NCBI GenBank assembly: GCA_963747235.1 | Contig: CAVVEU010000002.1 | Span: 61,523-125,522 of the forward strand | Direction: 5' to 3' | Length of the DNA: 64,000 nt | DNA from: an uncultured Candidatus Rokubacteria bacterium | GTDB taxonomy: Bacteria; Methylomirabilota; Methylomirabilia; Rokubacteriales; CSP1-6 | Part shown: positions 1-15,757 of the stretch, one piece after another | Layout: the number at the start of each line of letters is the position of its first letter | Numbering within the stretch: position 1 is the stretch's first letter | Notes under the pieces: model-generated | What the model was told of the DNA's origin: nothing | Seen by the model: the letters and a program-made list of their open reading frames with translations, nothing else | Databases searched by the model: none | Position numbers and translations under genes: made by a program

Positions 1-422
1 CGCCGGGCCCGGAGGGCGGCGCGCAGCTCGCGGGCCGCGCTCACCAGCTTGTCCTCCATCGCGTCCGGCCCGTCCAGCCGGCGCTGGATCGCGAGCACCG
101 CGGCCAGCCGCGCCGCGCGCGCGCGGGAGCCGTCCACCAGCCGGCCGACGAGCACGCCCGCCACGATCGGCAGGCCGAGCGACAGCAGGCCGTCGAGCGT
201 CTGGGAGGTGAGGCCGAGCCGCTCCACCGCGGGCAGGACCACCGGCGCGTGCAGCAGGCCGGCCAGCGCGCCGACGAGCCCGCCGCCGACCGCGCCCCGG
301 GTGAGCGCAGCCCAGAGCGTCGGCACCAGGTAGAGATGCCGGAGCACGGAGGCGGGGCCCTGGTCCGTGACGTCCAGGGCCAGGGCCAGGGCGGCCAGCA
401 GGGCGACCGGGAGCGCGATCAC
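1..422 (-). CDS. Membrane-anchored sensor protein, probable histidine kinase N-terminus (partial, runs off window)
   Basis: Manual translation from GTG at 422: VIALPVALLAAL...SVLRHLYLVPTLWAALTRGAVGGGLVGALAG...RARAARLAAVLAIQRRL. Several TM helices then a coiled-coil/GAF-like start. Start overlaps the upstream stop (GTGA). Kinase domain not visible. Confidence 0.5.
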   Translation of the reverse strand, partial: MIALPVALLAALALALDVTDQGPASVLRHLYLVPTLWAALTRGAVGGGLVGALAGLLHAPVVLPAVERLGLTSQTLDGLLSLGLPIVAGVLVGRLVDGSRARAARLAAVLAIQRRLDGPDAMEDKLVSAARELRAALRAR

Positions 423-1244
423 GGCGCGAGCATCCGGTAGGCCGCGAAGAACGCGAGCGCGGCCAGGTAGCCGGGCAGGAGGCTGCCGCTCCAGGCGCGC
501 AGCGCGCAGGCGATCAGCCCAACCAGGCCCAGGTAGAACACGGCCCCCGCGCGCGCCTCCGCCGCGTGCGGCAGGGCGGGATCGACCAGGTAGCGCAGGA
601 GCGACAGCGCCGTCGTCAGCAGCGCGGCCGGCCAGAACGACCAGCGCCGCCAGAGCAGCGAGAACACCGCGCCCCGGAACAGCCACTCCGCGCTGAGGCG
701 CGTTGGCGCCCACGTCGTACGCGAGCGCCGAGAGATACGGCGGCAGGCCGCCCGGGTGCAGCCGATAGCCGAAGGTCCGCGACGCGGTGACGAGCAGGTG
801 CGCGCCGAGGAATGCCCCGACCGCCAGGCCCGCCGCCGCGTGGACCGGCCGGGCGCCCCCGAGCCCGAGGGCGCGCAGGCGCGGCCGCCGCCGCGCTTCG
901 AGCAGCAGCAGTCCGGGCACGAGAAGGAACGCGAGGGCGCCCAGCGGGTGCAGACGCGCGGTCACCGAGGCCAGGAGCAGCGCGGCACCGAGCCGGACGA
1001 CCGGCCCGGGCCAGCCGGCGGCCGCGTCGGTCGCGAGCAGCCAGCCCAGCGCGAGCAGTCCCCCGTGGACGGCCCCGCTGGCCAGGGCGTGGCCGAGCGA
1101 GAGCGGAGCCACCCCGGTCCACTCCAGCGCAAGGCCCGCCGTCGCGAGCAGCGCGACCGCGCCCGCCACCTGCCCGTAGGCCCGGGCCGGCCCGCGCGGC
1201 GGCGCCAGCGCGCCGGGCTCAAACGGCGCGCTCAGGAGCCGCAT
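419..1244 (-). CDS. CPBP/Abi (CAAX protease-like) membrane protein, degenerate motifs, about 3 apparent frameshifts
   Basis: Stitched frames: MRLLSAPF...AYGQVAGAVALL / GLLALGWLL...LRALGL / GAFLGAHLL...YDVGANA / LSAEWLFRGAVFSLLWRRW. The xEWLFRG segment matches CPBP motif 1. Hydrophobic throughout. Confidence 0.55.
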
Positions 1245-1975
1245 CGTCGGTCAGGCGGAGACAGAGGGCGGCCAGGCGGGCATCGAGCGTCTCGCCCGCT
1301 TCCGATTCGAGGTGGCGCACCACGTCGGCCCGCGGCCAGGCGCGGCCGATAGGGGCGATCCGAGGTGAGCGCGTCGTAGACGTCGGCCACCGCCACGATG
1401 CGCGCGCCCAGGGGGATCAGCTCGCCGCGCAGGCCGTCGGGGTAGCCGCTGCCGTCGTGCCGCTCGTGATGGTGCCGCACGATGACCGCGCCGTCGGCGA
1501 AGAACTCGAGCGGGGCGACGATCTGGGCGCCGACGATCGGATGCCGGCGCATCACCGCCCACTCCTCGTCGCTGAGCGGGCCGGGCTTGCGCAGGACCGA
1601 CTCCGGGATGCCGATCTTCCCCAGATCGTGCAGGAGCCCGGCCTGCGCGATGGTGTCGGCGGCCCCGGGCGCGACGCCGGCGGCGAGCGCGAGGCGCCGC
1701 GCGAGCGCCGCGACGCGCTCGGAGTGCCCGCGCGTGTAGACGTCCTTGGCCTCGAGCGCGTTGGCCAGGCCGAGCAGGCTCTGGAAGCTCGACTGCTGCA
1801 GGCGCCGGTACGTCTTGCGGAGATCGATCGCGTACTGCAGCGACTGCTGATACGCCGCGCGCAGGCGCGCCTGCGTCTGCTCGAGCTCGCGCTCCCGCGC
1901 CCGCGAGGTCTCGTAGAGCGACTTGAGATCGCGCGCGTAGGACAGCGCCTGCGAGAGCCCTACCTGGCCGGCCAT
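1219..1975 (-). CDS. HD-GYP domain c-di-GMP phosphodiesterase (frameshift near 1335)
   Basis: YTRGHSERV, LLHDLGKIGIP, HHHERHDGSGYPDGL and DVYDALTSDRPYR motifs. GGAGG RBS upstream of ATG 1975. C-terminus (ADVVRHLESEAGETLDARL...) continues in another frame to TGA at 1219. Confidence 0.85.
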
Positions 1976-2346
1976 ACCGAGGCCTCCGGCACGAGCGAGC
2001 GCACCAGCGTCAGCAGGGCGAGCGGCGAGAAGGGCTTGGTCAGGTAGTGATCGGCGCCCGCCTCGAGCCCGCGGCGGCGGTCGGCCGCCTGCGCCGCCGC
2101 GGTGAGCATGACGATGCGGGTATGCGCGCACTCGGGCACCTGACGGAGCTGCCGGCAGGCCTCCAGCCCGTTGAGGCGCGGCATCTGCACGTCGAGCAGG
2201 GCCACGTCGGGGCGCTCGCGCCGCGCCAGGGCCACCGCGGCGGCCCCGTCGGCGGCGTCCACGATCCGCACGTGCGCGTCTTCGAGGGTGAAGCGAACCA
2301 GGTCCACGATTGCGGGTTCATCGTCGGCGATCAGGATGGTCATCAT
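1960..2346 (-). CDS. Single-domain response regulator (REC)
   Basis: ILIADDE, LLDVQMP (phospho-Asp), MLTA and YLTKPF motifs. Confidence 0.9.
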   Translation of the reverse strand: MMTILIADDEPAIVDLVRFTLEDAHVRIVDAADGAAAVALARRERPDVALLDVQMPRLNGLEACRQLRQVPECAHTRIVMLTAAAQAADRRRGLEAGADHYLTKPFSPLALLTLVRSLVPEASVWPAR

Positions 2347-2360
2347 GCCCGCTCGTAGAT

Positions 2361-2376
2361 TGCGAGGGGCGTGCCA
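2361..2376 (-). promoter_or_regulatory. Putative sigma54 promoter
   Basis: Minus-strand TGGCACGCCCCTCGCA fits TGGCACG-N4-TTGCA with correct -24/-12 spacing, 15 nt upstream of the response regulator ATG. Confidence 0.65.
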
Positions 2377-2484
2377 CGGGAGAAGCCGCACGGAATCAGC
2401 CGCTTGCGATCAGATCGCGGCGGGGAATGCCTGAGGCGCTGGGCAGCGCGCGGGCGCCTCCTGCCCCGCGCGAAGGGCAGCGGG

Positions 2485-5245
<2,761 letters not shown>

Positions 5246-5257
5246 GGCGATCCGTCT

Positions 5258-6784
<1,527 letters not shown>

Positions 6785-6787
6785 GTC

Positions 6788-7333
6788 CTATCCCCTTGCG
6801 AGCCGCTGGCGCATGCGCGCGAGCTGCCCGTCGAGACTGCCGTCGAAGATGAGGCTGCCGACCTGCGCGATGAAGCCGCCCAGCAGCGTGGCGTCGACCT
6901 GCTCTTCCAGGATGATGCGCTTGCCGAGCGCGCGCTCGAGCTTGCCCGAGAGCTCCCGCTTCTCGCCGTCGGTGAGGGCGACCGCGGTCCGCACCTGGGC
7001 GCGGGCGCGGCCGAGCTCGTCGTCCACGAGGGTCCGGTAGGCCCCGACGATCTCGGGCAGATGATCGGCCCGGCCGCGCTCGGCCACGAGGCCCGCGAAG
7101 TCCTGCACGAGCTTGCCCGCGCCGGTCTTCTGCGCGATGGCCATCGCCACCCCGCGGCGATCGGCCGGCTTGATCCACGGGCGGGTCAGCACGTCGTGGG
7201 CCCCGGCGTCGCCGGCGCAGATGGCCGCGACCTGCTCCATCTCCCGCCCGATCGCTTCCGTGGCGCCGGTCTCGCGCGCCACGTCGTAGAGGGCCTTGGC
7301 GTAGCGCCGGGCGGTCCGCTCGTGGGATCGCAC
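6788..7333 (-). CDS. atpH: ATP synthase F1 delta subunit
   Basis: TARRYAKAL...VDATLLGGFIAQVGSLIFDGSL. GTG at 7333. Confidence 0.9.
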   Translation of the reverse strand: MRSHERTARRYAKALYDVARETGATEAIGREMEQVAAICAGDAGAHDVLTRPWIKPADRRGVAMAIAQKTGAGKLVQDFAGLVAERGRADHLPEIVGAYRTLVDDELGRARAQVRTAVALTDGEKRELSGKLERALGKRIILEEQVDATLLGGFIAQVGSLIFDGSLDGQLARMRQRLARG

Positions 7334-7335
7334 GG

Positions 7336-7903
7336 CTAGTTGACCTTGTCCACCCGGCCGATCGCGTCCTGCACGATGCGGCGATGGTCCTCGTCGCGCA
7401 GGCTCTTGCGGATGAGTCGCTCCGCCGCGGTGATGGCGAGGTCGACCACTTCCTGGCGCAGCGCCTGCCGCGCGCGGGTGACCTCCTGCGGCCATCTCGC
7501 TCCGTGCCGATTCCACCAGGCGCCCCGCTTCCGCCCGCGCGCCCTCCACCAGCCGGCGCTGCTCCTCGGCCGCTTCCTTGAGCGCGGTGGCCCGGATGGC
7601 CTGCGCCTCGGCGTACGCGGCCTGCAGCTTCCCCGCGTGCTCCTCGCGCTCGCGCTGGGCGTCGGCCCGCGCGGCCTGCGCTTCCTCGAGCGACTTGCGG
7701 ATGGCCTGGGTGCGCTCCTCCATCTTGGCGAGCAGCGGCTTGTAGAGCAGCTTGCCCAGGATGAGCAGCAGCAGGGCGAAGTTGATCATCTGGATGACGA
7801 TCGACCGGTCCAGGTTGATGAGGCCGCCTCCGCCCTCGGAGGCCAGCGCCGCCGCCGGCAACACCCCGAGCAGAAGCGCAGCGATGGCGAGTACGCGAAT
7901 CAT
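7336..7903 (-). CDS. atpF: ATP synthase Fo subunit b (frameshift near 7490)
   Basis: QMINFALLLLILGKLLYKPL...ERTQAIRKSL. C-terminus QEVTRARQALRQEVVDLAITAAERLI...* is in another frame. Confidence 0.88.
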
Positions 7904-7954
7904 GGTGAGTTCTCCGGCTAGCGCTTTTGTGAAAGAAGGAACAAACGGTACACG

Positions 7955-7978
7955 AGTATCACGCGGGCGGGAAAACTG

Positions 7979-7982
<4 letters not shown>
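7955..7982 (-). promoter_or_regulatory. Putative sigma70 promoter of the atp operon
   Basis: TTGACA-N16-GATACT on the minus strand. The -35 overlaps the mnmA stop codon. Confidence 0.5.
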
Positions 7983-9940
<1,958 letters not shown>

Positions 9941-9948
<8 letters not shown>

Positions 9949-10702
9949 GGGAGATCACCTCTCTGGCGAGATCGAGATAGGCCGTCGAGCCGGCCGATTT
10001 GAGGTCGTACAGCATGATGGGCTTCCCATGGCTCGGAGCCTCGCTAAGCCTTATATTTCGCGGGATTATGGTGGTCATGACCTGCTTGCCCAGGTGCCGC
10101 TGGGCCTCCGCGCGAACCTGGCCCGCCAGGCTGGTCCTTCCGTCGAACATCGTCAGGACGACCCCTTCGACCTTCAGGTTCGGATTGAGCCGCTCATGCA
10201 CCAGTCCAATGGTTCGGATGATGTGGGCGAGCCCCTCCATGGCGTAGTACTCACACTGGAGCGGCACCAGAGCCGATTCGGCGGCAGCCAGCGCATTGAG
10301 GGTCAGGATCCCGAGAGAAGGCGGGCAGTCGATGATCACGTAGTCATAGGACTGACTGACCGCGGCCAGGGCCTGCTTCAGCCGCCCTTCACGGTTGTCG
10401 AGGGTCACCAGCTCGATCTCGGCCCCGACCAGGTCGATATCGGACGGGACCAGGTGCAGGAACGGGAGCATGGTCGGCTTGACCACGTCAGCGAGCGGGA
10501 CGCCCTCGAGCAGGACGTGGTAGATGGTGCGCTCGAGCGCGGCCTTGTCTATGCCCATGCCGGTCGTGGCGTTGCCCTGGGGATCAAGGTCGACCAGGAG
10601 GGTGCGCCGCTCGGCCAGGGCGAGGCCCGCCGCCAGGTTGACCGCGGTCGTGGTCTTCCCGACTCCGCCCTTCTGATTGACGACGGCCAGCGTCCGACCC
10701 AC
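9941..10702 (-). CDS. parA: Chromosome partitioning ATPase ParA/Soj
   Basis: NQKGGVGKTTT, DLDPQGNAT, IDCPPSLG and PRNIRLSEAPSHG motifs. Start taken as GTG 10702. Confidence 0.96.
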
Positions 10703-10718
10703 CAGATGCCCCCCGGGC

Positions 10719-10734
10719 TGTTCCACGTGGAACA
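10719..10734. promoter_or_regulatory. parS centromere site 1
   Basis: Perfect 16-bp palindrome TGTTCCACGTGGAACA matching the parS consensus. Confidence 0.93.
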
Positions 10735-10744
10735 TCGCCCTCCG

Positions 10745-10760
10745 TGTTCCACGTGGAACA
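10745..10760. promoter_or_regulatory. parS centromere site 2
   Basis: Second identical TGTTCCACGTGGAACA, 10 bp from the first. Confidence 0.93.
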
Positions 10761-10783
10761 TTACCCAGGAGCCGGGGTTGAAT

Positions 10784-11426
10784 TCAACTTTCTTTAACGG
10801 ACTTGAGGAATACTCGGCTCTTGCGCGTTCCGGGGATCGTAACCCGAACCACCTCAAACGCCTTCTGGGGGAGGGGATTCGGGGGTCCAGACACCACAAA
10901 GAGGCCCCCCACCTTCAAATACTTACGGGCCAGCGGCAGGAGCGTCGCGGCGGGGCCGACTGACCGAGCGACCACGATATCGAAGCCGGCGGCAAGATCT
11001 GGCTCCTGCTCGAGCAGCACCTCGGCTCGGCCCTCCTTCACGACCACATTGTTCAGCGCGAGCTCTCGCTGAGCCGCCAACAGGAAGGAGACGCGCTTTC
11101 GCCTGGCCTCCACGAGAGTCACCGCGATCGACGGATCGGCCAGGCTGAGGGGCAGCCCGGGAATCCCGGCGCCGGCACCGATGTCCACCAGGGCGAGCGG
11201 GCGAGGAGGCAGGAGCGCGAGAAACAGCAGCGAGTCGATGAAGAGATCCTGGACGACGGCGGCGGCGGAGTCGAGGGCGGTCATGCGATGGGTCCCGTTC
11301 CAGCGAAGGAACAGGTCGAGGTACTGCTGGAATCGCTGCCGATCGGCGCGGGCCTGCCGGGTGCCCGGTGAGGGACCGGAGCGCGACCATCAGCTCGTCG
11401 AGCGGATCGTGGCTCCGCCTGCTCAA
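10784..11426 (-). CDS. rsmG: 16S rRNA m7G527 methyltransferase (frameshift near 11350)
   Basis: YLDLFLRWNGTHRMTA, IDSL, VDIGAGAGIPGLPL, RAE and VVARSV motifs. Syntenic position upstream of parA. Confidence 0.88.
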
Positions 11427-13184
11427 GCCTTCTTCGTGGCTCGCCCCGCCGGAACCTTCTCCGTCTTGCCCATCCGCTCCATGTACTTCTGCTGGGCGAT
11501 CTGCAGGACGTTGGACAGGGTCCAGTACAGAACCAGGCCCGCGGGCAGATTGAAGAACATGAACGTGAAGACCACGGGCATGAACAGCATCATCTTCGCC
11601 TGGCGTGGATCGCCCATCACCGGGGTCATCTTCTGCTGAACGAACATGGAAACACCCATGAGGATCGGCAGCACGTACGTGGGATCGTGCCGCGCGAGAT
11701 CGCAGATCCAGAAGTCGATCCCGAAGATGCGACCGAAGCAGATGAACGACGCGTTCTGCAGGTCCACCGAGACCGAGAGCGCGTCGTACAGCGCGTAAAA
11801 GATGGGAACCTGGACCACCATCGGCAGACAGCCGCCGAGCGGGTTCACCTTGTGGGCGCGGTAGAGCTCCATCGTCTCGCGCTGCAGGCGCTGCGGATCG
11901 CTCTTGTGCTTGGAGCGCAGCGCATTGATCTGCGGCTGGAGCGCCTGCATGGCCTTCATCGAGGTCATGCTCTTCACCGTGAGCGGAAAGAGCAGCACCT
12001 TCGTGATCAGCGTCAGCAGGATGATCGCGACACCGTAGTTCGGGACGAAGTGATAGAACCACCGCATGATGGCCAGGGTGGGCACCACGATGTATTCCAT
12101 CGGGAACGTGGGGAGGTTGTAGTGAACCGCCCACGATTCGGGGAACGGGAAGCCGCCGAAGTAGATGGCCTTCTCCAGGCCCACGCCCAATGCCTTCAGG
12201 CGCTCGTACTCCATCGGGCCCATATAGCTCTGGAGCTGCCCTTCCCAGACCTTCCCGGGCTCGAGTGCTGGGACCGCGGCGCGGACCCCGATCTCTGCCG
12301 TATGTAACACTGTAGATTCATTCTCTTTTTTCAGCTCACGTCGCGCCTCGACCACGCCGATGCCCTTACTCTTGGGGATCAGGGCGGTCAAGTACACCCC
12401 GTTCTGGCCAACCGGGGCGATCCCGCTCTCGAAGCCGACCCAGCGGTCCTCGCCCGGCGTAGTCCATCGCCTTGTTCAGGTACTCGCGGCGAGACCAGAG
12501 GGAGCCTTGCGGGAGCCGGACGACGTGGATCGGCCGCGCCCCGGCAAACTGCTCCTGCGCCTTCGGCCACTCCGCCGGGGCGCTCCACACCTGCGCCAGC
12601 TCGACGGCTTGCGCGACCGTGTGGCGGTTCTCCACCTTCAGCTCGTGCTCCACCACGTAGCTATCCGCCCGAAAGCGGAGCACCTGGGTGACCCGGATGC
12701 CGAACCCGTCCTCGCCGACCATCCGCAGCTCGCCCGTCGGCGTGTCCTTGTCGAGCTTGATGGACTCGGTGGACAGCGCGAAGGCAATGGCCCGCGCCGG
12801 CTGGCCGGGTCGCTTCACGACCCATCCCGCCGTGTCAACGGTGCCGGGCAGCACCAGCGGCTTCTCGCCGCGGAAGTGGAGGTCCCAGGCCTTGACCTGG
12901 CCGCCGGTGGTGGCGATCGACGCGCGGTACAGCGGCGTCTCGATGACGGCCGCGCGCTCCGGGACCGCCGGCGCATCCTTCGGGGAGGGCGGGGAGAGCG
13001 GTGAGGGCGGCACGCTCACCGCCGCGCCCGCAGCGGGCGTCGCAGGGGCCGGCGTGGGCGCGGCCGACGTCTCGGACTTCTGGGCGGGCTTCTGCTCCGG
13101 CGTGGGCTCGCGCATGAAGATCGCCGGGTAGATCATCAGGAGCGCGGCCATCAGCAGCAGCGCCAGGGTCGTCCGCTTGTCCAT
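11423..13184 (-). CDS. yidC: Membrane protein insertase YidC (frameshift near 12450)
   Basis: MDKRTTLALLL N-terminus, NYGVAIILLT, VNPLGGCLPMVVQVPIF and PAGLVLYW motifs. Confidence 0.93.
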
Positions 13185-13417
13185 TAGCCTCTCGATCGCT
13201 CCACCGGCGGTGGGTCGTATCCGCCCGGATTCCACGGATGGCACCGGGTGACGCGCCGGATTCCCAGCCACCCTCCGCGCAGCAAACCATGGTGCAGCAG
13301 GCTCTCCCGGGCGTACTCCGAGCACCCCGGCACGAACCGGCAGGCCGATGGGAGCAGCGGCCGGAGCAGTAGCTGATACCCCCGGACGGCCTGCGCCGCC
13401 ATCCAGCCCGGGCTCAT
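13184..13417 (-). CDS. yidD: Membrane protein insertion efficiency factor YidD
   Basis: CRFVPGCSEY...RVTRCHPWNPGGYDP motif. Confidence 0.93.
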   Translation of the reverse strand: MSPGWMAAQAVRGYQLLLRPLLPSACRFVPGCSEYARESLLHHGLLRGGWLGIRRVTRCHPWNPGGYDPPPVERSRG

Positions 13418-13794
13418 GCTTGTGTCTCCGCCGCGGCGCGTGACGCGCGCGCCAGGTTCTCCGCCAGCCGCCGCATATCCTCCACCAGCTCGGGAAATGG
13501 CCGCCGCGCCGCGCTCGGCCGGGCCACCACGACCAGCTCGACGTCCGCCACGATCAGCGCGCGCACCTGGCGATACGCCTCACGCACCCGCCGCCGCGCC
13601 CGATTCCGCTTCGCGGCTCCACGGAGCTGCCGGCTGACCGCGAAGCCCGCCCGCCGGGTCTCCGCGCGCCGCCACAGCGCGACGAAGCTGGGGCGCTCGA
13701 GCCGGCTACCGTGCTGGAAGACCGCCTGGAATTCTGCCGCCCGCCGGAGGCGCTCGCCTCGCGGCAGCGTGAGTACCGCCGGGGATGTTGGCAC
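13414..13794 (-). CDS. rnpA: Ribonuclease P protein component
   Basis: LPRGERLRRAAEF, RAGFAVSR and the RNR motif AKRNRARRRVRE. Confidence 0.9.
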   Translation of the reverse strand: MPTSPAVLTLPRGERLRRAAEFQAVFQHGSRLERPSFVALWRRAETRRAGFAVSRQLRGAAKRNRARRRVREAYRQVRALIVADVELVVVARPSAARRPFPELVEDMRRLAENLARASRAAAETQA

Positions 13795-13803
13795 TGCGTC
13801 GGG

Positions 13804-13938
13804 TTAGACCGTCAGCCGCTTGCGACCCTTCGCGCGCCGACGCTTGAGCACCTTCCGCCCGCCCGGCGTCTTCATCCGCGAGCGAAATCCGTGCGTCTTC
13901 TTCCGCCGTCGCACATTTGGTTGGAACGTCCTCTTCAT
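13804..13938 (-). CDS. rpmH: 50S ribosomal protein L34
   Basis: Manual translation [44 protein letters not shown]. Below the ORF-track cutoff. Confidence 0.97.
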   Translation of the reverse strand: MKRTFQPNVRRRKKTHGFRSRMKTPGGRKVLKRRRAKGRKRLTV

Positions 13939-13973
13939 GGACAAACTCTCCTCATGGGTGGAAGAACCCACGT

Positions 13974-14002
13974 AGTCTACGGACCGCCCTCGACCAAGTC
14001 AA
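13974..14002 (-). promoter_or_regulatory. Putative sigma70 promoter of the rpmH operon
   Basis: TTGACT-N17-TAGACT on the minus strand. Confidence 0.55.
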
Positions 14003-14214
14003 GGCACGCAAGCCCCTTGCGACCGTCCGCGCCGCTATGGTACGGTCGCCTCCCGCATCGAGCACCGCACGCTCCGGGCGATCCCGGCGCGCGTGGTTCC
14101 CGAGCGGTGCAGAAACTGAAGCGCGCGTTCGTCGCTGACCGAATCAATGAAGACGCTGCGACCCGGCCGGCTGTTTCGCAATCCGCACGACCAGGCCGCT
14201 CGGAACGCTCCCGG

Positions 14215-14234
14215 TTATCCACACCTGTGGATAA
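14215..14234. promoter_or_regulatory. Pair of perfect DnaA boxes upstream of dnaA
   Basis: TTATCCACA (14215-14223) and inverted TGTGGATAA (14226-14234). Confidence 0.9.
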
Positions 14235-14279
14235 GTCTGTGTGTAACTTTTTGCCGCGCCGCCAACCAAGAGCCCGAGA

Positions 14280-15590
14280 ATGCTTGACTCTTTGTGGACC
14301 CGTGTTCTGACCGCGCTCGAGGGGCGGATCCCCGAGACCGCCATCGAGTCGTGGCTGCGGCCGTGCCGCGTCACCGCGATGGACGGCGACGCCATCCGCA
14401 TCGCGGCGCCCAACAAGTACAGCCGCGACTGGCTCGTCCAGCACTACACCGAGACGATCCAGAGCGCGGCCCGCACGGTGCTGGGCGGCAATCCCGTCGT
14501 GACCTTCGAGATCGATCGGGAGCCCGAGCGCGCGCCCGCGCCGGCCCGCGAGCTCCCCGCGGTCCCGCTCTCGAACGGCCTGTCCCCGCGCTACACGTTC
14601 GAATCCTTCGTCATCGGCAACTCCAACCAGTTCGCCCAGGCCGCCAGCCAGGCGGTGGCGGAGCTGCCGTCGAAGGCCTACAACCCGCTCTTCATCTATG
14701 GCGGGGTCGGTCTCGGCAAGACCCACCTGCTGCATGCGGTCGGGCACGAGATCGCGCGGCTCTACCCCTCGCTCCGCCTGCTCTACCTCTCGACCGAGCG
14801 CTTCACCAACGACCTGATCAACGCGATCCGCTACGACCGCACCGCGGAGTTCCGCGCCAAGTACCGCACCATCGACCTGCTCCTGATCGACGACATCCAG
14901 TTCATCTCGGGCAAGGAACGGACGCAGGAGGAGTTCTTCCACACCTTCAACGACCTCTACGAGGCGCGGAAGCAGATCGTGGTCTCCTCCGACTCGGCCC
15001 CCAAGGAGATCCCGGAGATCGAGGAGCGCCTCCGCTCCCGCTTCGAGTGGGGCCTGATCGCGGACATCCAGCCGCCCGACTTCGAGACGCGCGTGGCGAT
15101 TCTCAAGAAGAAGGCGGAGATCGAGCGGGTCCGGCTCCCCGACGACGTCGCCTACCTCATCGCGAGCCGGATCAAGGCCAACATCCGCGAGATCGAAGGC
15201 TCGCTGACCCGCATGATCGCCTTCTGCTCGCTCAGCGGGCGTGAGATGAGCGTGGAGCTCGCCCAGGAAGTCCTCTCCGATCTCTGGGGCGAGGAAGAGA
15301 AGATCATCACGATCGAGCACATCCAGCGCAAGGCGGCCGAGTTCTTCGGCATCAAGCTGTCGGACATGCGCGCGAAGAACCGCACCAAGGCGGTCGCCTT
15401 CCCCCGCCAGATCGCGATGTATCTCGCTCGCCATCTCACCCACGCCTCCCTCACCGAGGTCGGCCGGTCCTTCGGCGGCAAGGACCACACCACCGTGCTG
15501 CACGCGGTCGAGAAGATCCAGGGGATGCTCCAGGACGATCCCAAATTCAAGAAGACCGTCGACACACTTACCCAGAGCATCACCCTGTGA
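14280..15590 (+). CDS. dnaA: Chromosomal replication initiator DnaA
   Basis: YNPLFIYGGVGLGKTHL, LLIDDIQF, RLRSRFEWGL and GGKDHTTVLHA motifs. Confidence 0.98.
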   Translation: MLDSLWTRVLTALEGRIPETAIESWLRPCRVTAMDGDAIRIAAPNKYSRDWLVQHYTETIQSAARTVLGGNPVVTFEIDREPERAPAPARELPAVPLSNGLSPRYTFESFVIGNSNQFAQAASQAVAELPSKAYNPLFIYGGVGLGKTHLLHAVGHEIARLYPSLRLLYLSTERFTNDLINAIRYDRTAEFRAKYRTIDLLLIDDIQFISGKERTQEEFFHTFNDLYEARKQIVVSSDSAPKEIPEIEERLRSRFEWGLIADIQPPDFETRVAILKKKAEIERVRLPDDVAYLIASRIKANIREIEGSLTRMIAFCSLSGREMSVELAQEVLSDLWGEEEKIITIEHIQRKAAEFFGIKLSDMRAKNRTKAVAFPRQIAMYLARHLTHASLTEVGRSFGGKDHTTVLHAVEKIQGMLQDDPKFKKTVDTLTQSITL

Positions 15591-15757
15591 TCCGCCGCGT
15601 CCCCCGGCTCATCCCCAGCGCAATCCACCGGCGCGACACCGCTAACTCCGCGTCCACCGACGACCTTTTATCGCTGCGCGGCTATCCACACGTCCGCCTG
15701 TCCCTACGACGACGAATTCTTCTGTTTCTTTCTACAATCTGAACAACGGAGATACTT
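15591..15757. other. Probable oriC unwinding region (dnaA-dnaN intergenic)
   Basis: Degenerate DnaA boxes (TCATCCCCA 15609, CTATCCACA 15682), then a GC-rich spacer, TAC-GAC-GAC trio-like repeats (15705) and an AT/pyrimidine-rich tract. Gene orientation flips around this region. Confidence 0.7.

Noticed and set aside
6788-7903. Apparent b-delta (AtpF-AtpH) fusion as in mycobacteria
   Set aside because: The real AtpF C-terminus and its stop (7336) lie in another frame, and atpH has its own GTG. The junction peptide is nonsense.
12290-12380. AT-rich patch inside yidC
   Set aside because: It stays in frame and encodes a Lys/Glu/Asn-rich periplasmic loop. No sign of an insertion element.
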